NCBI RefSeq assembly: GCF_037042905.1
Contig: NC_087245.1
Location: 35,652,001-35,716,000, forward strand
Direction: 5' to 3'
Origin: Lytechinus pictus
Lineage: Eukaryota
DNA: 64,000 nt
Position 1 is the stretch's first letter; each line of letters starts with the position of its first letter. Shown here piece after piece: positions 53,183 through 64,000 of the stretch. The notes below the pieces were generated by a model. It saw only the letters and a program-made list of their open reading frames with translations, was not told the DNA's origin and ran no database searches. The position numbers and the translations under genes were made by a program.

Positions 53183-53454
53183 GGGCCCCGTCTTACAAAG
53201 AGTTACGATTGATCCGATCAATTGTAAGTGTGGACGGCCAGCAACATCAACATCTATTATGTATGTTGTTCAAAATATTTTCTAGCTGTGATGTATATTC
53301 ATGCATTCATTGTTTTCTTGAAAATTCACTACGCTTCTGTTTGCATACAGAGGACATTGTGCAAGTTTTTCGTATAAAAAAATTATGACACTGATGGATT
53401 TCCATAGAGTTACCATTGATTAGATCAATCATATTTCTTTGTAAGATGGGGCCC
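53183..53454. mobile_element. MITE; related copies at about 21-272 and 35147-35420
   Basis: TIRs gggccccgtcttacaaaga / tctttgtaagatggggccc. Confidence 0.82.
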
Positions 53455-53529
53455 AATAATATCGCAAGATAAACAATCTTTGTGTTGAAATCGTTTGAAT
53501 GTTGAAGTTTAATCTTCAATTCCTTCCAG

Positions 53530-53639
53530 ATTGAATACATTGTGGTAAAACAAGATCACAAAAACAAGAAAGCCAGAGTTTTCTTAGCAGCTGACCGTCT
53601 TCTTCCTGTTCTGCAAGAGCTTGAAAAGAATCAACCAAG
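53530..53639 (+). CDS. GCLC: GCLC coding exon 2
   Basis: Acceptor ttccttccag; IEYIVVKQDHKNKKARVFLAADRLLPVLQELEKNQP completes WGDE-IEY; donor AG|gtaagc. Confidence 0.93.
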
Positions 53640-56039
53640 GTAAGCAATTGCTAATTATGTTCTCAAGGTTCTTACAATACAATTAACTTTTTTTATTGGG
53701 CTGATTGGGTCTCTATAAAATGGTGATATTGTTATTTGTTTATTTATTTTTTTTATTATTATTTTTTTTTTTGGGGGGGTTGGATGGTGGAGTTGATTTT
53801 CTTCTAATCAAGTATGTACATCAAATGGGCTTTAGCCCATACTATGACGTGATTAAAACAAACCAACACTCCCGATCCTTTGGAGCCTGTATATATAACA
53901 TGCATGATACAAACATACAGTGTAGTTGAATCTGTCAATGTTATCATTTTCTGAAAATTTGCTTTAACAACTACATGTATGATCATACTACTGTATGTAC
54001 AGTTTACAATGTACAAGAATACCTAAAGTCTTTTTTTTTTCAAGTCATAATGTTTATGAAATAATTTGTATAAAGAGGCATATATGAGATTTACTTGGTC
54101 AGGCGCGCCTGAACACTTTCAGTTTTAGGGGGGCAAAATCCCGAAGGGGGCACAACATTTTTGACAGCGTGAGATACCGAAGCAATCGAGCGGGAGAGGG
54201 TGTGGGACCCCCCACGGTAAGGACTTTGTGTAAAAATGGAGTTTAAAAGTTGCGTTTCTAAGAGCATTCAAAAATAAATTTCTTGAGAATTAAACATAGA
54301 ATTACAAAAGACTATACTCATAATTAATGAGAACTTATGAAATCTATGCGCAAAACGATCGCTTCGGAATGTGGTTTTCATGTCTGATCAATTTAATTAC
54401 GCTTACATTGACTCAAAATACCAGAAATTACATTTTTCGTGCAATATCCTTTCAGAAACATTTATGTACATTTACATACACGGACGACGCGAGAGAGCAC
54501 AATCATCATAAGATTCAAGTAATTCCTGTCAGAACAAGGAGTGTATTAAGCAGAAGAAGCGTAACAAAAGAAATTCTAATGAATGTCTTTTCAAATTCAA
54601 AATGTTATAATGTTCTGACGTGGCAGACGTCGATAAGCACTTAAATCCCCATTCTATGCAAATCATTTCTGACATCAGCATTGGAGATAGTCCCTGATTA
54701 TCCATGCATGGGCAATGCATTTCATATTTTGTAACTGGAGGAAAAAGAAATATGACAAGCTTAATTGTCTAACAATTTAAAATTTTTCTGAAAATCATTA
54801 AATTTTAAAACATTACTCGATTTATGTGTTTCCTTTTGCGTGTTTTGTATGGCTGGGAAGCACTTTTGGATGACTCCTTCAAAATCTTCTTTTTTCTTTA
54901 CATATTTTCTGGGGAAAAGGTGACCATAACTAGGAAATGATGAATATCAAATTCCAGGAAATATTCATTTGTAAATAATCATGAACTGATTATAAATAAA
55001 CTACCGCAGTTCATAATGTACATTATGTAACATTATTTAGAAGAAAACAATTACATTCCAATAGCGGATGTGGTTGACGGTACACCATGTGGAGTTTTCA
55101 AAAAAGTGGATAGAGGAAGAAGTGAAATTGATAGGGGAGGAAGTGGACAGTTGATAGTCGAGTAATTTTTTGTTTAAATGAGCGTATTCCTGATAAAGAC
55201 AGTAAACCAGAAAAGGTTGAAGAGTTGAAGAGGCCTGAGTACTTGATAGATGAGTACTCCTGCTCTGCACTCCATTCGCCGACTCAAGCTAGCATCTTCT
55301 CATTTATCCAATAATCCAACTACTCAAGCCTCTTTAACTCTTTAACCTTTTCTGTTTTACAGTCATTTTCAGAACTACACACATTTTCAAGAAATATTAC
55401 TCTAGGACCTACTCTCAATCTTCCAATTTCTCGCCTATCTTACTTCTTCCTCTATCCATTTAGACTCCACTTGGTGTATACCGTAAACCACATCTGCTAC
55501 ACACCACCATGCAAGCCCTCAAACATCATCTAATTATATTCCAGTGTGTTTCTCAAGAATTTGTAGAAGTGTAACACATCTATTTGTAATCGGCTACATA
55601 CCAGGAAGGGCAAAATAATGAAAATATCAGTATTAGTCTATGGCTAATATTAAGCTATACGCTACAATATTATTTGTCCAGGCTTGCAACATGGAGATAA
55701 ATGATTATATAAGGCTATAAAATTATTGTATCATTACTGATATCTTGTTTTCATTTCGTAATTATCAAAACATAAGAATCTATATGGGTGAGCTCACTCT
55801 ACTCTGTACTCAAATACAATCACTCTTCTAAAATGTGTAATGCACACATCGTTTGTCAAAACCACTTGCTTCCCCTCAACGTCCTCCAAGATCCAAAAGA
55901 TTCCATCCAGATGATATGTAAAACGAAACAAATGAAAAGGCCACTTATAGAAAAAATACAAAATATCAGACAAACTCTGAATGTCATGATAATTTTCAAT
56001 GTTCACTGTCATGACTGTGCTCAACTACTTTAGTCCTTT

Positions 56040-58359
56040 TTAAGATGAGCAAATGTGTTCTTTCTCTTGCTATCTCCGCTACTAATGAACTCATTGACTA
56101 GTTCACACATGTCAGCTTTGTCTGCCTTGTCCTTATACAAAAGATAAGATCAGAAGAGAGTTCAACCTTCGCTGGCTCATTGTCGATCGGAGATACGTTT
56201 TCAGCTGACGGAGTCTGCTGAAGGAGTGTTCAGCTGTAGCAGATGTGGCAGGATGTGTAAGATACAGCTTCACTAGCTTCATGACCCCTGGAATCATCGG
56301 CTTCATTGAAGTTGTTCCAAGAGTTTCGATGATCTTGTCCACGGAAGCTGTTGACGCATTGGACTTCTTGGACGTTTCCGACGCCAGATCCTCTAGTACT
56401 CGTAACTGCGCGTCAAGACGAGAGCCATCCAGATCATCCTTGTAGTGCTTCACCACACAATCTAGGGACTCAGATGACACCTTGTTTTCGGTCCAGGCTG
56501 TCGTCAAGAGGTCTTCTGTGGCCAACAAGACTGGGATGCACTTTGACGAAATGCGTTCTTCCAGACCACTGATCACAAAGTCTAAAGCCTCAAACCATAC
56601 ACTTCGGTAGAGATCTTTAGGAGTTTTGAAGATATGTGGGTCACTCTGCTGATACCGTTGTGGTGCTTTAGACTGTCGGGGTAGCTCGGGGTCATCCTGT
56701 TCTTCCCGTTCTGCATAGATGACTGTTTTGCTCCAATTGTCATCAAACACCGTCTCCGTCCTCATTGCCTTCAGCTGATTGATGGCAACCTTTGTAAGCC
56801 TGACCCCCTGTCCGGCTGACCCACGAGATCCTTGGATTGCCGTACTGAGTCGGTCGCTCAGTTTAAAGATAGCAAGACTGATGATGAGAGAAATCGTGAA
56901 GTCGAAGGTGGAAACGGCGTTGAGGAATCCATTGGCTCGTGACTGCAAGTCTCGATCAGTTGACGTATTTTCGATTTCTATCAGGGACTCTTTCACCACC
57001 TGTAGTTGCTCTTTGATACTGCTGAGGGCCTTGAATTTGACTGTGAATCGGGTGGGGCAAAGCGGCCTCACATGTGTTTGTGGCGAGCCCAGCGCTTCTG
57101 CAACTGTTTTGACTATAGCACATCGCTTTGGGGAATCTCTGAAGAAGTTGATCAGGTCTGTTACGGTGGTCAGGAAGTTACGGAGCTTTGGAATATTCTT
57201 TACCATATCTTGGACAGCTAAGTTAATGCAGTGCATGTGGCAGTGCGTGGTGGTGATTCTCTCATTCTCCTCTTGCAGTCGGCTCACGACACCACTTCTT
57301 TTTCCTTGGAATGTTGCTGCTCCATCAAAGCTTGCAGCCCGGCAGAGAGAGAGGGGGAGGTTATACCTCATCAATGCGTCTTTGATAGTCTTGTAAACGG
57401 ACTCTGCGTCACACTTATCAATCGCATACATGCCAAGGACGTTCTCTTCTACCAGCAGCTCGTCTGATGCAATGCGAACGCAAATTATACAAAGTTGCTC
57501 CAACCTGGACACATCAGTGGTTTCATCAGCAATGATCGCATATGCCTTCCCATGCATTTCCTTAGCCAACTCACGCATCAAAGATCTGGACATCATATCG
57601 ATCATCTCTTGTATCTGGTGTGAGGTCCATGATGACTTCCTTTCGAGTCACCGGTCGAAACCTTCAATGTCCTTGCATCGCAATGTCAATAAAGTGTGGA
57701 AGTTGCTGCTGTGGTCAGTGTGTCCTCGAATGGGCAATCCCTGTTTGGCAAGATACTGCAAAGTGGAGAAGATCGCATGAAGATACTTCGTGTTCTTTTC
57801 CATCTCTTCTTTTGCAGTGTGGTCAAGAATCTCAGCAATATTTCTCCCATGCCAGATCTGGTTCATTTTGTATGTTAGTAAGCGATGGCTTTCACTTCAC
57901 TCATGCTTTGGAAAGCCTCAATTACCTTTTTTCAGTATGAAAACCCCTTCTTGCTGAAAACCTTTTCTTCTCTTCCACCACTAGGAATTTTTCGCAAGCA
58001 CCCTTCTTGGCATACATGGCAAAATGCCGCTCCGTCACCGTTATTTGCTGCTTGCTCCCACTCTAACCATTGGTATGAGGCATACCACTCAGGGCAAAAC
58101 CACCTGTCGTGATTGTCTTTCTTGAAGTTAGGCTGTTCAGTAGGCTGATTGGGTTTTTCTTTTAAAAGAACTTCGGTTTCTTGTCCCTTCTTGCATGTAT
58201 TGCAGGGTTTTCGTGGATTGTGGAGGACTCTGGCAAACCTCCACTTGCTTGAGTTGACTCTGTAGTGTCCTTTTCCTCTCGAGATCCTTTTGCATTGTCT
58301 TGGAGTTCTTTTTTCTCCTTCTGTTTCCTCCCTTCTGACCCAGACTGGTGTTTCTTCAT
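56040..58359 (-). pseudogene. hAT transposase pseudogene (TTF-type Zn finger, DUF4371-like region, DDE core, hATC dimerisation domain)
   Basis: Motifs RWFCPEWYASYQWLEW..AFCHVC, LAKQGLPIRGH..SNF, IIADETTD, SFDGA, HCHMHCINL, CPTRF, PATSATAEHSFSRLRQLKTYLRSTMSQRRLNSL. Broken by in-frame TGA stops (57932-57934, 57648-57650) and frameshifts. Ends approximate. Confidence 0.9.
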
Positions 58360-58852
58360 GATCAGGGTCGCAGTTCCAGCAAATGACGAGCCTGGCAAAC
58401 GAAATTGTTTCAAACCAATGTAATATAGGCCTTTTAAAGTATTTAAGATGACAAACCTGACCGTACGCAGCCGATCGAGAGGGCAAAAATTCACCAAAAG
58501 TGTGCACCAAATCCTTCAATTTTATTCTAGAAAATGCAAAAGCTCCCCCATCACAAACCCCCTCGCTCTTAAGTTTCTTCGAAAATTTAGGTCTTGCAGC
58601 CTCACCCACCCCCAATTTTTTTTTTTTTTTGCATACGTCCGTGAATAACAAAAGCTGGGACGAACCAGAGAACATAGCTGCCTCTCGATCTGATTAGTAA
58701 CAGGTAATGGGAAGGAGTTTTGAAATCTAAAATACAAAAGTGCTATATCATATGAGCTGAAATACATGTACATGTAGTATCACACAAAACGCCTGCCAAT
58801 CATGCCAATGAAAAGGAATCGAGAAAAATACGGGGCTATTAAAATATCTTAA

Positions 58853-59320
58853 GGGCTATTCCACGGTTACTCACGTTACATTTGGAGACACCTTGACTCA
58901 TACTTAGAGCTGAACTCCATTATTATTGATAGGAACTAAACATCTCTTCATCACAACATACATGTAGTACGCAGTCTGACTATCCTTTGTATAAAAACAA
59001 AACTTGGGAAATTTCATTATGCTCCTGGCAAATCTTTGAAATGTGTCGGTTACTCATGTTACATGATGTGGACATGCATAAAATGAAAAGTGGACATAAG
59101 TGAAAAGTGTCCTCATGCAAGGCTTTTATGAAAGTTAATTATATACATGTACATTTCAAAGAAGTATATTAGGGAGACAAATTTGTATATAATTCAAAAA
59201 ATAAAGAACACATTGTTTTTACTAGGGGTGCAGATAAAGTGGTTACTCACGTTACGGTTTAGATGGGCTATATGTACAAAGACACATTGAGCTCATGTCC
59301 ACCAACCTATGGAATTGCCC
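58853..59320. mobile_element. TTAA-flanked MITE nested in the hAT transposon
   Basis: ttaa|gggctattcca...tggaattgccc|ttaa. Confidence 0.75.
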
Positions 59321-60960
59321 TTAAGATTTTTATAGTAGAGCAGTACTGTAACGCTTATTTTTCTGTTATATTCTTTATTTACATAATTATTCATATCTTG
59401 GATAATATGAGTCAGATCAAATGACACTTTCACAGATGATTTTTTTTTTTCATGCATAAACATTATCTCTAAGTTGCTTTCGAGTGGGATTCACCATTTT
59501 CACAAATTATAAATTATAATCCTCTACACATAATTATTCTGTGTGTAATTTTCTGATAACATGTCTATATTGAGTTGAAATGACCTTGGTATTTTTTTTA
59601 GGGCACTGACTTGTTATCATTGTATTAACTCAATTTATATTTAGTTGAAAATGAAATAATTGAAATAAGTTTTCATTATTTAAATCTATATCTTTATTAA
59701 TCTACATGTATACTTACTATTTCAGGGATGACTTACACAGGCAACAAGTATATGAGATATTGACGACCTCGAGATGTTATGGTTTCTGGGCTTGACAGCT
59801 ATGACATAGATTCCATGATATGTTGCTCGAGTAACTAGTGTTCATGCGCGTTAGTGATATCGGGTCCAGTCTGAGCGTTTCTGGGCGACCGCGCGTTTGT
59901 TAGCCGACACAGCCAGCATGCATTGGTGAACCACTTTCAAATTGCCATTCGGTTTTAGTCTGAAATGTATTCATTAAAAGGTTAAATGTTATCACACTGT
60001 AATAAGATGGAAAAGGGGCTTATCAAAGGTATGTTTCACAGAGCGACATGTTCGTCAAAAGACGCGAGACTTACTATGATATGTAATTGCCCCGTGAGGG
60101 CCGAAATTTTTTCATTTTTGACAATGGAAATAACAATTTTTAGGCAGAAAAGTGCCTTCATCGTTTACTTTTGTCCTTAAATAATTTATCATTTTTCTAC
60201 TTTTAGGGGGGCACATTGGGGGGGGGGGGGGGGCAAAATCTCGTTTTGCCTCCCAAAAATTTTATTTGGGGGGGCCCACCCCACTTCGGGTGCCCTTGTA
60301 CTTGGTTCATATTGATAGCAGTTGAACTACTTCTCACATAGTATACAAATAATGAATGTTTATGAGTGCAATGGACAATACTTCATGAGGTGAAAGATGA
60401 AATGATCCATTCAATGAGGCATAGCCGAGTTGAATGGATCATTCATTTCATCTTTCACCGAATGAAGTATTCTGTGAAGTATTCTATTTTGGTTTATATG
60501 ACACCTAAAAATAGATTCTTTTTCATATGAAATTGGTGAATTTCGATGCAAAATATATGCGCGCTGCAAACACGAGTGGTGTCTAGTCTGGGTGCACGCG
60601 TGCAATGGACAAAATTGTATGGATCCAAAGTTGCACGATGAATGGATCCACAATTGCACGGTTGATGACGTCATTGTAAAATGGGCTGAATGATCGATAT
60701 GGACCAACCATTCAAATGACAAGGATCTATCTAGGTGTCATATAATTCAATATGACATACATGTAGGCTAAAACCACTTGGTCTGCTATCAACTTGGTCG
60801 TATTGCTGTTTGGTCTACACTATACTTGGTCTCATAAGTTATTAGACTAAGTCTGTAATAAGTTCCATAGTCTAATGCCACATTCAACACAGGAAGAAGT
60901 TCCGTGAATGCTTGAGCATCCACCGAAGGTAGCTGTGTTGAAGCCGGGGTTAATAACACT

Positions 60961-61176
60961 ATTGATTGATTGATTGGGATTTTTTTACCTGATTGCTAAG
61001 AAAGCATGAATGCTTGTAAGCAAGCAACCAGAGGACCGACGGCTTAAGGTCCTCTCCGAAGGACCTGGTAATGAGGATTAATGCCTTACCAAAGGGCACT
61101 AGCGCACCAAGTGTGAATCGAACCCGGGTCACCAGAATACGAATCCCCCGCTCTACCGACTGAGCTATCGCGCCTC
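60961..61176 (-). mobile_element. tRNA-derived SINE
   Basis: Minus strand: A box tagctcagtcgg, B box ggttcgattc, body gtgccctttggtaaggca...; (aatc)n tail. A related body fragment lies at about 22970-23070. Confidence 0.85.
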
Positions 61177-61256
61177 CTCAATCATATTAAAAGCAGGGCA
61201 TGCTGTGAGAACAGTTTTCGGAACTAAAGTGGCTACCCCACGTAAAATATGACGTC

Positions 61257-61390
61257 ATTATTATTATTATTATTTTTATTGTCATTATTATTATTATTAT
61301 TATTTTCATGATTATTATTATTATTATTATTATTAGCATCATTATTATTATTATCATTATTTTCATTATTATAATAATAATTATTATTAA
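61257..61390. repeat. (ATT)n microsatellite
   Basis: Seen directly. Confidence 0.9.
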
Positions 61391-61671
61391 TTCTCTTTAG
61401 CACAGATGATCTAATTTCCACTCCGCCAACTAATTTTGCACTTTTGAAAATTAAATTCCTAAACAGTCTGAACATTTAACCATATACAATGAGTGTAGAC
61501 AAAGGGGTAATAGACCAGGGTAATGTAAGATGAAATGGGCGCAGTACTGTAAATTTGACAAAGTGGTAATCATTAGATCAAATGGTAATTAGACAAACTG
61601 GTTGTAGAAGGTCTAGGATCAATCAGACCATGTGGACTTTAATGAAATGGGAAGTACATGTAGACATGAGG

Positions 61672-62009
61672 CGGCGCTGCACCATCCAGAGTTTGCTCAA
61701 TCTCGAGATTTTAGCCGATCGGCCCTCTTCGCGATTAATCTCGAGATTCAAGAAACCCTGTCTCCACCATCGCAAGAAGAGCGATTCCTGCTCGAGCGAG
61801 GCATCGATGCATTATGGTCTGATGCCGTGAATAAATAATCCCGAGTGCGTCTGCACCTACTTGGGATTGCAATCTTGAGATTAATCCTACGAACTAGCGT
61901 GATAATTGCATCTCCATTGCAAATAATCTCGAGATTGTTCAGATCGGGATAATTTGCCGGATCAGAAATAGTGCGCTAATTTGAAAACTCGGGATGGTGC
62001 AGACAGCCC
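61672..62009. mobile_element. MITE
   Basis: ctgcaccatcc.gagttt / aaactcgggatggtgcag with repeated aatctcgagatt palindromes. Confidence 0.7.
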
Positions 62010-62426
62010 TCATGTGGGTGAAGGTGTAGATCAGCAATTTAACTCAATGCTAACCAGCTGCTGCTCACAAAGACCAGTTCAGTGTTTCATAAAGCTGTTT
62101 GTATGTTATGTGTGACTTCACAAACGACTAATGATCCTCTCTTGGCAGGTGCTTAAAAACTCTATCAACCATCAACTACAGTTGAAATCCAATCTTTGTA
62201 GATTAATATCATTCTAGTTTTTGAAAATCACATTCAGATTGGAAATATTAATTCTAATTTCAAGTTCAATTCATTTATTTCCAATAAAAAATCACAATAT
62301 AAAAATTCATAAAAATCTGTAATTGAGCAAATGTAAACCACATTCATGTATTACAAAAGTCTTCCACATAAAATATATATGTATACAATAAGTTAACATT
62401 TTGAACAACATGTTTCTCTCTCACAG

Positions 62427-62546
62427 TGAAACGAAGACCACTTGGGCTCCAGAGTATGCCAGTTACATGGTTGAGGGCGTTCCAGGCAAGCCATACGGAG
62501 GTCTCATGGCGCACTTCAATACTGTTGAAGCCAACATGAAACTCAG
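62427..62546 (+). CDS. GCLC: GCLC coding exon 3
   Basis: Acceptor ttctctctcacag; [39 protein letters not shown] has the conserved W.PEY..YM.EG.PG.PYG motif; donor AG|gtaata. Confidence 0.96.
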
Positions 62547-63081
62547 GTAATATTCATTTTGAATACCCATACCTATATTTCACCGGCATACATTTCAATG
62601 GAATTAACAGGCATTTGAAACGTTAAACATTTTGATGATTTTCATGTAAATAGTTTAACTTTGTTAATGTTTGATTTAATGTGAATTTTAAAACATAAAA
62701 AAATTGGGAGTTTATAGTTTAATCCCTCAATCAGTCCTCTGTTGCAAATTTAAAAATATGTGTAGAGCTCAGGAAAAGTGGTAGTCTAGATTAGTGTAAA
62801 CCATCTTTTGTCAAGAAAGAGTTCTTGAGAATTTAGAAAATAAGAGGTAGCCGTCGTTGCTAAATTTCATTCTGAAATGCAGCTTTTTTTTAGATGTCTT
62901 CATTTGTTTTTTCATAGTGTAAATACAAGCTTTTAACAGCCGATCAGCAATGTACAAGTAACATTTGTTTATATAGTAATCTTGTGATTTTCAGTTGTGA
63001 AGTGTGACATGAAGTTTGTTATCGTGGCATAAAATTCAAAGGACTAATAGTTACAGTATTCATCAATTTTCGTATATACAG

Positions 63082-63153
63082 ACGGCAGCAGGTTTTGGGT
63101 CTACTAGATAGTGAAGAAGGAGAAACTTGCCTTAGTATGACGGTATTTCCAAG
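63082..63153 (+). CDS. GCLC: GCLC coding exon 4 (gene continues beyond the window)
   Basis: Acceptor cgtatatacag; RRQQVLGLLDSEEGETCLSMTVFPR ends in the conserved FPR; donor AG|gtaaga; frame-compatible with exon 3. Confidence 0.9.
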
Positions 63154-63274
63154 GTAAGACTTATTTGTCACCAATAATCATAATGAAAATCTGTGGCTGT
63201 CTGCCTAGAAATCCATAATAAGTCTGTCAAAATTGATTGTGAGATATTTATTGAAAAGCAGATCCTAAGCTTAA

Positions 63275-63725
63275 TAAGCCAGTTCGTAGTTCCTTTCTGC
63301 GCATGATCAAAAGATTCTACGCATGATCAGAGGAAGGTCATTTGTACTAAAGTGACATGCTGGTTTAAAATCTAATGAGATAAGCACCAACTTTGATGTC
63401 TTCATTATTCATATATTCTTTTGAATTGTGGTTTTCATTTACATCCACAAAAAACAACAACGCGTCCACGAACGACTGGTTTTCACAGTTTGCCAAGTAC
63501 ATTGTGCAACATGCTATGATATGCATTCAAAGTAGGAATGCAACAAATACCTTCATAAAGTGTTCATTGGTGTGCTATTCTAGTCACCTGGTCTATTCAA
63601 TTTCTTCATCCTGCTATGTAAGGCATGCTTACGTAATATCTTGCTTTGAAATCTGCCTATCATAATGAAAGAAATGAAAGGTCATTTGACCGAAAATTGT
63701 CCATGAGTAACTACGAACTGGTCTA
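63275..63725. mobile_element. MITE
   Basis: TIR ccagttcgtagtt / aactacgaactgg. Confidence 0.65.
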
Positions 63726-64000
63726 TATGCATGTCACAAATTGGTTAACAATCACCTATTATGTAAAAAGAATTCATTCATGGCTTCTAAGAGCAAGGAG
63801 AAACAATTTGTGAATTGAGAGTTCACCAAAGCCTGGTATATTTCTTTTAAAGCTGGGTGAAACTCCCAGTAATGCAGAAAAAAGGGTCTCATGTATTTGG
63901 TTAACATGTAGCTTCAGGACACCAAATTTTATGGAGAAAAGGGTTACTCTTTCCCTTTCCCCAAGCTCATTTTTTTAGTTTTGAAAACCAAAGTATGATT

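Larger units (their letters stand above)
54100..60298 (-). mobile_element. Full-length decayed hAT DNA transposon (Tip100/ZMYM1-like) in GCLC intron 2
   Basis: Perfect 8-bp TSD tacttggt (54092-54099, 60299-60306). Imperfect TIRs caggcgcgcctgaa / ttcgggtgcccttg (10/14). G-rich subterminal motifs and an internal transposase. Confidence 0.9.

Noticed and set aside
56779..57396. 205-aa plus-strand ORF
   Set aside because: Antisense shadow of the transposase.
57648..57934. TGA recoding or selenocysteine readthrough in the transposase
   Set aside because: The TGAs fall at positions where Trp is expected and co-occur with frameshifts, which fits ordinary decay.

Overview
AT-rich, repeat-dense animal genomic DNA with spliceosomal introns; the HYR exons and the repeat types suggest an echinoderm, probably a sea urchin (inference). 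Two host genes are divergently oriented. (1) Minus strand: a complete 7-exon gene (ATG 35580 to TAG 9623, 522 aa as assembled by hand). It encodes a secreted protein with a signal peptide, five HYR-like domains (one per phase 1-1 exon) and a Thr-rich then Ser/Asn/Asp/Glu-rich tail that the ORF track misses. (2) Plus strand: the first four coding exons of glutamate-cysteine ligase catalytic subunit (GCLC), running off the window end, with a 6.2 kb decayed hAT transposon in intron 2. The rest is MITEs, tRNA-derived SINEs, CR1/L2 fragments, a 73-bp minisatellite and microsatellites. The most unexpected observation, made by eye only: non-repeat DNA from about 0.3 to 36.5 kb translates on the minus strand into many frameshifted LRR, LRR-cap and Ig motifs. 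This looks like a fossil array of LRR(-Ig) genes with the HYR gene's exons embedded in it, and the HYR start codon appears to derive from an LRR unit. All translations and coordinates were derived manually, without database searches.
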